Below, piece after piece: positions 25,250 through 34,645 of a DNA stretch of 64,000 nucleotides (positions are counted from its first letter, which is position 1; the number at the start of each line of letters is the position of its first letter). The DNA comes from Puniceicoccaceae bacterium (GTDB lineage Bacteria; Verrucomicrobiota; Verrucomicrobiia; Opitutales; JAFGAQ01): contig JANQOQ010000004.1 in assembly GCA_028285755.1 (NCBI GenBank), positions 134,720 through 198,719 on the forward strand, in the 5' to 3' direction. Made by a program: the position numbers and the translations under genes. A model generated the notes under the pieces. It saw only the letters and a list, made by a program, of their open reading frames with translations. It did no database searches and had not been told where the DNA came from.

Positions 25250-25927
25250 ATGGGAGCAATCAAGCATGTATTTTTCGATCTCGATGGAACGCTGGCAGAT
25301 CAATTCGTAGCCATTCACAAGGGCTTTAGCACCGTAGCAAGGGAATTTGGTTTTCCTGAGCCTACATTAAAAACGGTCATAAAGAGTGTTGGCGGCTCGA
25401 TCCCGCTTACTGCTGAACGGCTTTTTGGAGACCTGCTAAACGAATCCAAAAAAGAAGCATTTGTGAATGCCTATCGGGAATTGTTTCCCAGTATTATGTA
25501 TGAGGGGCTCGTGGCAATGCCAGGTGCCGCGTGGATCTTGGATGGCCTTGCGAAACAGGGAATAAGTTCTTCTGTTTTAACCAATAAGCATGGAGACTTT
25601 GCCAGGGCTGCATGTGACTTTCTTAAGTTAACACCCCTGTTAAAAGATATTGTAGGCACCCAGGACAGCCCTTATCGCAAACCCGAAAAAGGCATTGTGG
25701 ACTTTGCTATGCAGCGTGCTGATGCGCAGCCTGAGCATTCCTGTATGGTTGGCGATTCCCCCTTTGATGAAGCCACTGCAATATCTGGCAGTATGCCCTG
25801 CTATCTGGTCTCAACAGGATCGCATAGCCGTGAGCAGCTGGAAGATGAGTGCAACTCACCCATTTTTAAGGACTTCTATGAATTGGGAATCTCTGCTTTT
25901 GGCTTGCCCCAACCTACAGAAGCGTGA
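25250..25927 (+). CDS. HAD-superfamily hydrolase (phosphoglycolate-phosphatase-like)
   Basis: 225 aa. Motif I is FFDLDGTLAD, motif II SVLTNK, and motif IV MVGDSPFDEA. Confidence 0.8.
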   Translation: MGAIKHVFFDLDGTLADQFVAIHKGFSTVAREFGFPEPTLKTVIKSVGGSIPLTAERLFGDLLNESKKEAFVNAYRELFPSIMYEGLVAMPGAAWILDGLAKQGISSSVLTNKHGDFARAACDFLKLTPLLKDIVGTQDSPYRKPEKGIVDFAMQRADAQPEHSCMVGDSPFDEATAISGSMPCYLVSTGSHSREQLEDECNSPIFKDFYELGISAFGLPQPTEA

Positions 25928-26008
25928 AATGGAGCAGCCAACATGCTGTATTGAAGCCTCTTTCCAGAGAGTTGACCGATCAGCAAGATTGTCTGTAATT
26001 TAAAAAGT

Positions 26009-28201
26009 ATGCCCGATATCGAAAACTCCGAAAGCTTATCAGGTGTTCTTGAGAAAATTGTATATTACAACGAAGAGAATCATTATCTGATCGGCCAGCT
26101 CAAGGGAGGCGACGACAATAAAGATACGATTACCATAACGGGAAAGCTACCCGAAGTACAGTGTGGGGAAACCCTTGAGCTTAAAGGAAGTTGGACGAAT
26201 CACCCGAAATTCGGCACCCAATTCCAGGTAACGAGCTTTCGCTCCACCCTGCCGGCTTCTGTGTATGGCATACGCAAATATCTGGGCAGTGGACTCATAC
26301 CGGGCATTGGCAAAACCTATGCAAACAAGATTGTAGACCACTTTGGGGAGGCCACGTTAGATGTTATAAGCAACTACTCCAAACGCCTGAGAGAAGTCCC
26401 GGGAATTGGCAGAGAACGCGCAGCCTCCATCAAAAATGCCTGGGATGAGCAGCAGATATACCGGGAGGTCATGATATTCCTGCAGACCCACAATGTGAGC
26501 AACTCACAGTGCATTCGCCTGGTAAAAAAATATGGAGCCCGCACAATCCAGACACTCCGGGAAGATCCGTATGTATTGATACGTGATATCGATGGTATCG
26601 GCTTTCTCACCGCTGATAAAATTGCCCACAATCTGGGCATTCCCAGCAACTCGGATACAAGGATTAATGCTGGGCTCTATCATACGCTCAAGGAAGCCGG
26701 AGAAGAGGGGCATACGTGTCTGCCTTCAGAGTCACTCCTCAATAAAACGCAGGAATTGCTAAAGCTGGAGTCTGATGAAATCAAAACAAGCCTCGATGCG
26801 CTCCTGGCATCCCGGGAGCTTATCCGGGTAGAAGAGCAATTTGTCCAGTTGCCCCAACATGAAAGATCTGAACGAAGAATCGCCGAGAGCCTCTGGGGGA
26901 TCAATCAACATGCCAGTAGTCTGCCCCCCATTAAAAAAGATCTGGCGGTCGAATGGTTTGAAGAAAAGGCTGGGTTCCAATTGGCAGAGAGCCAGTCTCA
27001 AGCGATTCTCGAAGGCCTGTCGCATAAAGTTTCAATCATTACTGGAGGTCCCGGAACGGGTAAAACCACCTTGCTGAAGGGGCTCGTCAGTATACTCAAG
27101 GCCAAGAAAGTAAAGGTGCTGCTCGCCTCCCCTACTGGCCGGGCGGCCAAGCGGCTTGCCCAGGCCACCGGGGGCTACGCCCAAACCGTGCACCGTATGC
27201 TGGGCTACGACCCCGCGAAGGGTGGATTCCTCAACAACGAGAATAGTCCGCTAAACGCTGAGTATGTGATCGTTGATGAGGCCTCCATGCTGGATAGTTA
27301 CCTGGCATCTGCCTTATTTGCGGCCATCCCCTACCAGGCGCATTTGCTTTTGGTGGGTGACAGCGATCAGCTCCCATCTGTTGGCGCCGGTAATGTGCTG
27401 GCTGATCTCATTGCGTGCAAGTTATTCCGGGTCACCCGCCTGGAGTTTGTTTACCGGCAGAGCAAGGGCAGTGAGATATCCACGATCGCACACAGTGTAC
27501 TAAAGGGGGCTGTAAAGACGGGAGAGATCATTAATCAACCCGATCAGGTGCCGGATGGAGCGGAGTTTGTTTTTATAAAAACCCCTGACCCTGAAACGCT
27601 CCCCGACACCCTCACCCATTTAGTTAAAAACATATTACCTCAAAGATTACCTCCGGATTGGTTATCCGATTTGCAGGTCCTTGCCCCCTTACATCGTGGT
27701 ACTGCAGGAACTCAAAATTTAAATCAGGTAATGCAGGCAGCGCTAAACCCTCGTAAGGATAAAATATCTGCGGGGTATCAGGAGTTTCGAACGGGTGACC
27801 GCGTTATACAAATCCGCAACAACTATGATAAAAATGTATTCAATGGGGATGTGGGGCAAATCTCCGAATTGGATACTGAAAAGGGAGTGCTTAGCGTAGA
27901 TTTTGAGGGACGTATCATCGAATACAAGAAGAGTGAGCTCTACGAGTTGCAGCTCGCCTACACGATCAGTATTCATAAAAGCCAGGGCAGCGAATACCCA
28001 GTGGTTATCATCCCCTTACTTAAGCAACATTTCATCATGCTGGAACGGAATCTGGTCTATACAGGCATTACCCGGGGCAAAAAGTGCGTTATTTTGATCG
28101 GGCAGGTCGAGGCATTTGCAATGGCAGTGCGCAACAGAAAAACGCAGCTACGCTACACACAACTCGTATCACGACTTGAGGAGAAAATCCAGAGCGCTTA
28201 A
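26009..28201 (+). CDS. recD2: RecD2-type SF1B ATP-dependent DNA helicase
   Basis: 730 aa. N-terminal OB/HhH region (..IPGIGKTYANKIV..VPGIGRERA..), Walker A ITGGPGTGKTT, Walker B VIVDEASML, ..LLLVGDSDQLPSVGAG.. and ..TISIHKSQGSEYPVV... Confidence 0.9.
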   Translation: MPDIENSESLSGVLEKIVYYNEENHYLIGQLKGGDDNKDTITITGKLPEVQCGETLELKGSWTNHPKFGTQFQVTSFRSTLPASVYGIRKYLGSGLIPGIGKTYANKIVDHFGEATLDVISNYSKRLREVPGIGRERAASIKNAWDEQQIYREVMIFLQTHNVSNSQCIRLVKKYGARTIQTLREDPYVLIRDIDGIGFLTADKIAHNLGIPSNSDTRINAGLYHTLKEAGEEGHTCLPSESLLNKTQELLKLESDEIKTSLDALLASRELIRVEEQFVQLPQHERSERRIAESLWGINQHASSLPPIKKDLAVEWFEEKAGFQLAESQSQAILEGLSHKVSIITGGPGTGKTTLLKGLVSILKAKKVKVLLASPTGRAAKRLAQATGGYAQTVHRMLGYDPAKGGFLNNENSPLNAEYVIVDEASMLDSYLASALFAAIPYQAHLLLVGDSDQLPSVGAGNVLADLIACKLFRVTRLEFVYRQSKGSEISTIAHSVLKGAVKTGEIINQPDQVPDGAEFVFIKTPDPETLPDTLTHLVKNILPQRLPPDWLSDLQVLAPLHRGTAGTQNLNQVMQAALNPRKDKISAGYQEFRTGDRVIQIRNNYDKNVFNGDVGQISELDTEKGVLSVDFEGRIIEYKKSELYELQLAYTISIHKSQGSEYPVVIIPLLKQHFIMLERNLVYTGITRGKKCVILIGQVEAFAMAVRNRKTQLRYTQLVSRLEEKIQSA

Positions 28202-28899
28202 GCTTCAACCCATTGAGTACGCGTTAAGTTGATCGCATCCAATAAAACCGCTTTTGTAATTTTGCGGGGTGTATTCGCAAACGCGAGATAACGCATCACA
28301 GCGGAGAGTTCCAGGTAGTTTCCTGGCCAATCATAACTCAGTAAAAGCTCAACCGCTTCCTTATGTAAAGTATGCTTAGAGTAATTCCCTTTGAGGATCT
28401 TGTTTTCCTCCAAAATCTCCATGGCGAAGCTCGCCAAGTCTGCTTTGCGTAATTTCAATTCCGGCAGGATGAACAGAGACTTTTTGATAGTCTCTGAAAA
28501 GCGACTTGAAAAACCCTCGTTGTCCAGGTTTGGGTCAAAATCTCCAATATCGTAAAAGAACACGATTCCCGGCTCGATAAAAGATTGAATATGATCACAG
28601 ATTAGCTCCTGCTCCTCGAATTTAAGCTCTTTTGCGTTGATAATGATTGCAGGAGGCAGGGAACGCCCCTGCGGCAGTCCTAATGCCACTTGCAGGTGAT
28701 CCGCATTTAACAGGTATGCATCCATCTGTACCACTCTATCTACTCTGCCCGGTAAACTGGATGTATATTCACGAACCAGCAAATCCAGCTCTACCCCCTT
28801 CGGACCAGCGAGGAAAATATGCGGATACTCGCCACACATACTCAAAAACTGGCTTACGATCTCCTGAGAGTTTTTAGAGCTTTTGCAGAAATAATTCAT
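28198..28899 (-). CDS. Standalone degenerate sigma-54-activator-like AAA+ core (catalytic motifs lost)
   Basis: 233 aa, co-linear with the AAA+ core of the bona fide activator at 13115-14650. HIFLAGPKGVELDLLVREY aligns with [19 protein letters not shown] (Walker A Lys to Leu), and AIIINAKEL with TIFLDEIGD (Walker B lost). The GAFTGA segment is absent. SLFILPELKLRKADL aligns with [16 protein letters not shown], and LSYDWPGNYLELSAVM with [16 protein letters not shown] (sensor-II Arg to Leu). There is no REC and no HTH. Confidence 0.6.
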   Translation of the reverse strand: MNYFCKSSKNSQEIVSQFLSMCGEYPHIFLAGPKGVELDLLVREYTSSLPGRVDRVVQMDAYLLNADHLQVALGLPQGRSLPPAIIINAKELKFEEQELICDHIQSFIEPGIVFFYDIGDFDPNLDNEGFSSRFSETIKKSLFILPELKLRKADLASFAMEILEENKILKGNYSKHTLHKEAVELLLSYDWPGNYLELSAVMRYLAFANTPRKITKAVLLDAINLTRTQWVEA

Positions 28900-28938
28900 G
28901 TATATCCCTTATAGTCGGAATCTATATGAATTGGGAGA

Positions 28939-29844
28939 TCATTTTTGCAATAATTGCAATTGAATTAACAAAGGTCGATGATCACTCGCAATCATCGCTT
29001 CAGGATCATCAATGATCCTGGCGTTCAGCTTGAATCGGTTATGATTCACGAGTGAGGGGCTCATAAATACAAAATCGACCTGCTCCCACACGCGCTCTTT
29101 TTGATAATGATAGGTCCATGAATAACCCTGAGTATCAACAACCGGAAGCTCACGCAATAGGTCGTTTCCCGAAATCTGGGTGATTCTCCGATATGCGGCT
29201 GAGCCGAAACGGTCATTCAGATCTCCCATTAGCAGGAGCTCCCGGTCGGGCGTTTCAGTCAATAAATTGCGTATGTAATCGCGAATCGCCCTGGCCTCCT
29301 TCTCCCTGCGTTCAGCACTTTTGGGATCTTCCGGGTAGTCCGTGTAGCGGCTCTTTAAGTGCATTCCGAGCAAATCAATAGGTTGTGAACCCAATTGAGT
29401 TTTAATATGAAGCAAGCCCCGCTTTGCTGTCACTTTTTTACCCCGATAGCTAAAGTTGGGGAGGCGCACATCTACAACCTCAAACGGTAGCCTGGAAAGC
29501 GCCACGATCATGCGTTCCTTATCTTCGGCCTTCACCCAATGAGTGTATTCATACTTAATCCCTACCTTCGAGAGATCTCGCTGGATTTCATTTAAAAAGG
29601 GTTCTCCCCCGACTTCCTGAAGTATCAGTATATCGGGCGAATGCTGAGCAATGATCTGCCTGAAAGCAGCCTTGTCGCTTTCCGGCTTGGGATACCCTTG
29701 CCGGTATACTGCCTCGACCAAGCCATCCGATAGATTATAATTATGAATATTCCAGCAAAGTATTTCTAACGGCTGCTGATTCGCCTGCGCAAAACCAAGA
29801 AAAAGGTTAAAAAGTAAAGCACCGATTAACCCACGACTTTTCAT
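28939..29844 (-). CDS. Secreted endonuclease/exonuclease/phosphatase (EEP) family protein
   Basis: 301 aa with a signal peptide. It has ..LEILCWNIHNYN.., ..ILILQEV.., ..LLMGDLND.. and the C-terminal ..ASDHRPL.. EEP motifs. Confidence 0.85.
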   Translation of the reverse strand: MKSRGLIGALLFNLFLGFAQANQQPLEILCWNIHNYNLSDGLVEAVYRQGYPKPESDKAAFRQIIAQHSPDILILQEVGGEPFLNEIQRDLSKVGIKYEYTHWVKAEDKERMIVALSRLPFEVVDVRLPNFSYRGKKVTAKRGLLHIKTQLGSQPIDLLGMHLKSRYTDYPEDPKSAERREKEARAIRDYIRNLLTETPDRELLLMGDLNDRFGSAAYRRITQISGNDLLRELPVVDTQGYSWTYHYQKERVWEQVDFVFMSPSLVNHNRFKLNARIIDDPEAMIASDHRPLLIQLQLLQK

Positions 29845-29849
29845 GTGGT

Positions 29850-31136
29850 TCAGGCTTCTTCCATCATGCTGCTGTTCAAAGCGTCCTCACGCTCCAGCAA
29901 GGTAGGATGCGAATAATAAAAGCGACTGTAATACGGATGCGGCGTTAGGTTACTGAGGTTCTTCTCATGCAACTTGCGCAATGCCGATATTAATGGGCGC
30001 GGGCTGTTAATCATTGCGCTGGCAAATCCGTCGGCCTCGTATTCGTGCCTGCGTGACATATTATTACCCAAAGGGCCAAACCAAAATGTTATATAGCCTG
30101 AGAGGATTGTAAATAACAGCATAGCCGGCACAATCTGATAATTAATGCCGCCATCTGCTCCCAGATGGTAGGTAAACCCGAACGCCTCAATAAACCAGGG
30201 ACTTTGAGATAACCAACCGAGCAGTGCGAATGCACCTAGTCCAGTGAGCGCTGAGATGATGAGCATCTTAGGCACATGTCCCTTTTTGTAGTGACCAATC
30301 TCATGCGCAAGCACACCCTCCAATTCATCGGTCTCTAATTGCTCTATCAACGTATCAAATAACACAATTCTCCTGAATCTTCCAAAGCCTGTGAAGAACG
30401 CGTTGGAATGTGTAGAGCGTTTACTGCCATCCATCACCTGAATGGTTTTCGCATGGAATCCCGTCTTTACCGAGAGTGCTAGTAAACGCTTTTTCAGCTC
30501 ACCCTCTTCCATTGCTGAAAGTTTGTTAAACAAGGGCATAATGATCATCGGGTAGAGAATCACCATCAACAACTGAAATGCGAAGAAAGCAATGAACCCC
30601 CAAATCCACCAGGTTTTGGGAAACCAATTAAAAAAAGCCAATAAGAGGCACAAAAGCGGGTAGCCAATCAGGAATGTAAGCAACAAACCTTTAAATTTAT
30701 CCGATACCCAAAGGTTGATAGTGCTTTTGTTAAAGCCGTACTTGTTCTCCAGCCTGAATTGCTCCCACCATTCCATGGGCATAGAAAAGATACCGATCAG
30801 TATGGTAATGAGCATGAGCACTAAACTCTGCGCCCAGACAGCCCCCCCCAATAATCCTGTAAGCCCATCATACAACCAGGGAAGTATACCAAAACCCAGA
30901 AAGATGATTACCAAGGCAGTGTCTACTATCGATTCTATCTCTGCAAATCTGGATTTATCCAGCGAGTAATCGACCGATTTATCATAGGTTTCCTGGTTCA
31001 TAACCTCCTTAAATGCATCCGGTATGTTGCCGGATGAATTTTGGATATGCTTACGGTTCAAGCGGTTAAGCGTAAACTCTGTAAACCACTTGAGAATAAT
31101 CAGGAACCCGAATAGTATAGTGACACTGTTGATCAT
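29850..31136 (-). CDS. M48A (Ste24/CAAX-prenyl-protease-type) integral-membrane zinc metalloprotease
   Basis: 428 aa with multiple TM segments. HEIGHYKKGH is an HExxH motif, and the distal ..RRHEYEADGFA.. supplies the third ligand Glu. The N-terminal 5-helix region is typical of Ste24-like enzymes. Confidence 0.85.
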   Translation of the reverse strand: MINSVTILFGFLIILKWFTEFTLNRLNRKHIQNSSGNIPDAFKEVMNQETYDKSVDYSLDKSRFAEIESIVDTALVIIFLGFGILPWLYDGLTGLLGGAVWAQSLVLMLITILIGIFSMPMEWWEQFRLENKYGFNKSTINLWVSDKFKGLLLTFLIGYPLLCLLLAFFNWFPKTWWIWGFIAFFAFQLLMVILYPMIIMPLFNKLSAMEEGELKKRLLALSVKTGFHAKTIQVMDGSKRSTHSNAFFTGFGRFRRIVLFDTLIEQLETDELEGVLAHEIGHYKKGHVPKMLIISALTGLGAFALLGWLSQSPWFIEAFGFTYHLGADGGINYQIVPAMLLFTILSGYITFWFGPLGNNMSRRHEYEADGFASAMINSPRPLISALRKLHEKNLSNLTPHPYYSRFYYSHPTLLEREDALNSSMMEEA

Positions 31137-31243
31137 AGGGTGTATTCTATCACAAATATGATTGAAATCATTTTAACCTTCTCAAATTCGGATTTACGTT
31201 TATGGTAATCGTTCTGAGAAGCTAAAAGTAACGAATTAATTGA

Positions 31244-31486
31244 ATGTCAGAGCCAGACACAACTGAAAAACTGAATTTCGAGCAAGCTTTAGAGCAGCTC
31301 GAGAAAATCGTCGAGTCTTTGGAAAGCGGAGATACCCCTCTGGCAGAATTGGTAGATCGGTATGAACAAGGCACACGGCTTATAGCACACTGTCGTTCCA
31401 AACTCAACGATGCCGAAATACGCATCCAGAAAATTTCTGAGACGAAAGAAGGCGTTACAGTTGAAAATTTAGTGGTTGATAGCTAA
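31244..31486 (+). CDS. xseB: Exodeoxyribonuclease VII small subunit
   Basis: 80 aa. ..FEQALEQLEKIVESLESGDTPLAELVDRYEQGTRLIAHCRSKL.. is the XseB signature. Confidence 0.9.
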   Translation: MSEPDTTEKLNFEQALEQLEKIVESLESGDTPLAELVDRYEQGTRLIAHCRSKLNDAEIRIQKISETKEGVTVENLVVDS

Positions 31487-31517
31487 GCTAATACCGTTGT
31501 TGTAATTCAGTTAGATC

Positions 31518-33440
31518 ATGGCACTATTGTCTCAAATCCGTTCTCCGAAGGATGTTAAAGAACTCGATATTGATGAGTTAAAACGACTGGCTGCAGAGAT
31601 CCGGGAGGAAATCATAAACGTTACGTCTGTCAACGGCGGGCATCTGGGGCCGAATCTCGGGGTGGTTGAGCTAACACTCGCCCTTCATTATGTATTTGAT
31701 ACCCCCGAAGATAACTTTGTTTTTGATGTATCTCACCAGGGTTATGTGCATAAACTATTAACCGGCAGGCAGGGAGACGATTTTAAGAAGATCCGCATGA
31801 CTGACGGTTATAGTGGTTTTCTCGCGCGCGAAGAGAGTGAGCATGACTGCTACGGAGCCGGACATGCGGGCACGGCACTATCTGCCGCAGTAGGTATGGC
31901 GTATGCCCGGGATCAAAGAGGGGGTGATGAGCACGTTGTTGCCATCTGCGGGGATGCCGCATTTACCTGCGGGATCACTTTTGAGGCACTCAATAACATC
32001 TCTCAAAGCACAAAGCGGCTCATCATTATTCTCAATGATAATGAATGGTCGATCGATAAGAACGTAGGTGCAATCAGCGGGTATTTAAACCGGCTGCTTA
32101 CCAATCCAGTCTACAATAAGATCAATGAAGATTTGGCCCAGTTCGTGGAAAGGTTTCCCGGAGGTGTGAGTTTTCGCAAATCGGTTAGCAAGGCTAAGAA
32201 GGAAACCAAGGACATGTTTCTGGAATCCTCGCTTTTCGAGGAATTCGGCTTGCGCTACTTTGGACCCATCGATGGTCACGACCTCAAGAATTTAATTGCC
32301 TATTTGCAGTTTTGCAAAAAGCAGGACATGCCTGTCATCCTGCACGCCATCACTAAGAAGGGAAAAGGCTGCAATATAGCGCTGGATGAGCCTGAGAAAT
32401 TTCATGGCACCAGTCCGTTTGACCTTCAGACAGGAGGCTCTCGCAGCAAAGGCGGACCTACCCCACCCAAGTATCAGGATGTATTTGGCAAAGCCGTGCT
32501 TAAGCATGCCCAAAAGGACAAGCGAGTCATCGGTATAACCGGAGCCATGCCAAGTGGCACCGGGCTTTCACTGCTACGCGATAAATTGAACGCCCAATAC
32601 ATGGATGTAGGCATCGCCGAGGAGCATGCGGTATTATTCGCGGCCGGGGCGGCAACGAAAGGGCTTAAGCCCGTGTGCGCGATCTATTCCACATTTTTAC
32701 AACGCGCTTTTGATCCGGTAGTGCACGACGTCTGCCTGCAAAACCTGGATGTGCTTTTCTGCATGGACCGGGGTGGATTATCACCCAATGACGGCCCTAC
32801 TCACCACGGCATTTTTGATATTTCCTATTTGCGTTGCATCCCCAATACCATACTGATGCAGCCTGCAGATGAGGATGAGCTCTGTGATATGATAGCTACC
32901 GGACTCGATTTCGAAGGCCCGTGCTTCATAAGATATCCACGAGGCTCGGGTACAGGAGTGGCCATCAAAGATCAGCCGGAGCTCCTGCAGATTGGCACTG
33001 CACAAAAAGTGAAAGAGGGAACCGAGATTGTAATCTGGGCATTGGGCCCCATGCTCAAAAAAGCCAAGTTACTGGCTAATATGCTGGAATCTCAGTTTGC
33101 CGTTTCGGTGGCGGTTACGAATGCACGCTTTGCAAAACCTCTGGATTCTGAACTCCTGCTGGAACAATCGAAGAAAGCAAAACTGGTGGTTACTCTTGAA
33201 GACCATGTGATTTCCGGTGGATTTGGAACGGCCGTGATGGAGCAGCTTCAGGAGGCAGGTTACAGCACTGCGGTTTGCAGAATTGGCTGGCCGGATCAGT
33301 TTATACCGCATGCCTCGGACAACCAAACTCTGGAGAAGCAGTATGGGTTGGATGAAAACTCCATTTTTGACAAGGTCATCCATCACCCGGCACTTGTATC
33401 GATGAAGGAGCGGGAGTCGGAATCTGCAATTAGCATTTAA
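31518..33440 (+). CDS. dxs: 1-deoxy-D-xylulose-5-phosphate synthase
   Basis: 640 aa with ..GGHLGPNLGVVELTLALH.., ..GDAAFTCGITFEALNN..ILNDNEWSI.. (TPP motif) and ..DVGIAEEHAV... Confidence 0.97.
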   Translation: MALLSQIRSPKDVKELDIDELKRLAAEIREEIINVTSVNGGHLGPNLGVVELTLALHYVFDTPEDNFVFDVSHQGYVHKLLTGRQGDDFKKIRMTDGYSGFLAREESEHDCYGAGHAGTALSAAVGMAYARDQRGGDEHVVAICGDAAFTCGITFEALNNISQSTKRLIIILNDNEWSIDKNVGAISGYLNRLLTNPVYNKINEDLAQFVERFPGGVSFRKSVSKAKKETKDMFLESSLFEEFGLRYFGPIDGHDLKNLIAYLQFCKKQDMPVILHAITKKGKGCNIALDEPEKFHGTSPFDLQTGGSRSKGGPTPPKYQDVFGKAVLKHAQKDKRVIGITGAMPSGTGLSLLRDKLNAQYMDVGIAEEHAVLFAAGAATKGLKPVCAIYSTFLQRAFDPVVHDVCLQNLDVLFCMDRGGLSPNDGPTHHGIFDISYLRCIPNTILMQPADEDELCDMIATGLDFEGPCFIRYPRGSGTGVAIKDQPELLQIGTAQKVKEGTEIVIWALGPMLKKAKLLANMLESQFAVSVAVTNARFAKPLDSELLLEQSKKAKLVVTLEDHVISGGFGTAVMEQLQEAGYSTAVCRIGWPDQFIPHASDNQTLEKQYGLDENSIFDKVIHHPALVSMKERESESAISI

Positions 33441-33448
33441 CGGGTATT

Positions 33449-33985
33449 ATGGATGTCGGCCCCATTGCTGAAAATCCTGTATTATTACCGGTAAGTCTTC
33501 TGATCGGATTTATCCTGTTTCAGTGGATGCTTCAGCTCAGCTACCCACTCGTTGTATTGCTGCATGAACTTTGTCATGCAGTTCCCGCAGCAATATTACG
33601 CAAATCCAATATTGTAGTCCATTTGGGCAGAGCGCCCTACTCTAAGGAGATAAGACTGTTGAATTTAAGAATCAAGGCTAGCAAAACAGCGATTAGACAC
33701 GGATACACCGAGTATGCTCCGCCTCCTGGCTCTGCCTTCGAAGCCTGGTTCATTGTGGGCATTGCTCCTTTCGTGAATATCATGATTACAGCCATCGGGG
33801 TATATGGTTTTTTCCATTGGCAACTTCCACTATTAATCTGGTTTTTAGTTTTACCCTATTGGCTTGCTAATACCCGAGTTGCATTGTCATCGCTCTGGTT
33901 CAAACCGGTAAATCTGGGAACGATGGAAAACCCAAACTGGGCACAAAGCGATCTCCTGTATCTCATCCGCTTTAGAAAGTCCTGA
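33449..33985 (+). CDS. Small polytopic membrane protein with HExxH motif (DUF3267-like putative zinc metalloprotease)
   Basis: 178 aa with about 4 hydrophobic segments. LLHELCHAV is an HExxH placed at the end of TM1. It starts 8 nt after dxs. The family assignment is from memory and tentative. Confidence 0.55.
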   Translation: MDVGPIAENPVLLPVSLLIGFILFQWMLQLSYPLVVLLHELCHAVPAAILRKSNIVVHLGRAPYSKEIRLLNLRIKASKTAIRHGYTEYAPPPGSAFEAWFIVGIAPFVNIMITAIGVYGFFHWQLPLLIWFLVLPYWLANTRVALSSLWFKPVNLGTMENPNWAQSDLLYLIRFRKS

Positions 33986-34051
33986 CGCTCTCTGTAATTC
34001 GGTAAAGATAATCTCGAAATCACCGATAATAGAGTTGTTAAAGGCTTATAA

Positions 34052-34645
34052 ATGAAGAATCGCGGCAAATATGGAATGCGCTTTCGTGATCGCGTGCTCG
34101 TGATCGCATGCCTTGCACTTACCCTATTTCTCGGCGGCTGTGATTCTCATTCAGAGGCAGAGGACAATTTTTTTGGCGAGCCGGGAGAATGGTTTACGCT
34201 TAACGCCCAAAATCTTGGTTTTCGCATTGAGTTCCCCAAGAAACCTACGGAACGGGTGCAAAATTTTGATTCGGGGGGTGCTACCGCGACTGCCTACATG
34301 TATGGCTATAAGCACGTCGCCTTTGAATATGGTGTAACGGTTGTCAAACTTCCCAGGTTTCAGGTGGATAATAGCAGGCCCGAAGTCGTGTTGGAATACG
34401 CGGTACAGTCCCTGGTGCACGAAAAAGGGGGAAAACTGATCAGACAATATGATATTAACCTCAACGGTTATCCCGGACGCAGGGCTTACATCAATTATCC
34501 GGACTCCTTCCTGAAGGACGTACGACTGAATACCGTCATACTGTTGAGGAATAATCTGGTTTATCGGGTTACTACAGCAGGTCTCGGCAACGAAGAAGAG
34601 GTCAGCCAATTTCTAAATTCTTTCTCACTCACCCCATTGGGCTGA
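34052..34645 (+). CDS. Lipoprotein, function unknown
   Basis: 197 aa. The signal ends in the lipobox LTLFLGGC|D. No recognised catalytic motif. Confidence 0.6.
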   Translation: MKNRGKYGMRFRDRVLVIACLALTLFLGGCDSHSEAEDNFFGEPGEWFTLNAQNLGFRIEFPKKPTERVQNFDSGGATATAYMYGYKHVAFEYGVTVVKLPRFQVDNSRPEVVLEYAVQSLVHEKGGKLIRQYDINLNGYPGRRAYINYPDSFLKDVRLNTVILLRNNLVYRVTTAGLGNEEEVSQFLNSFSLTPLG

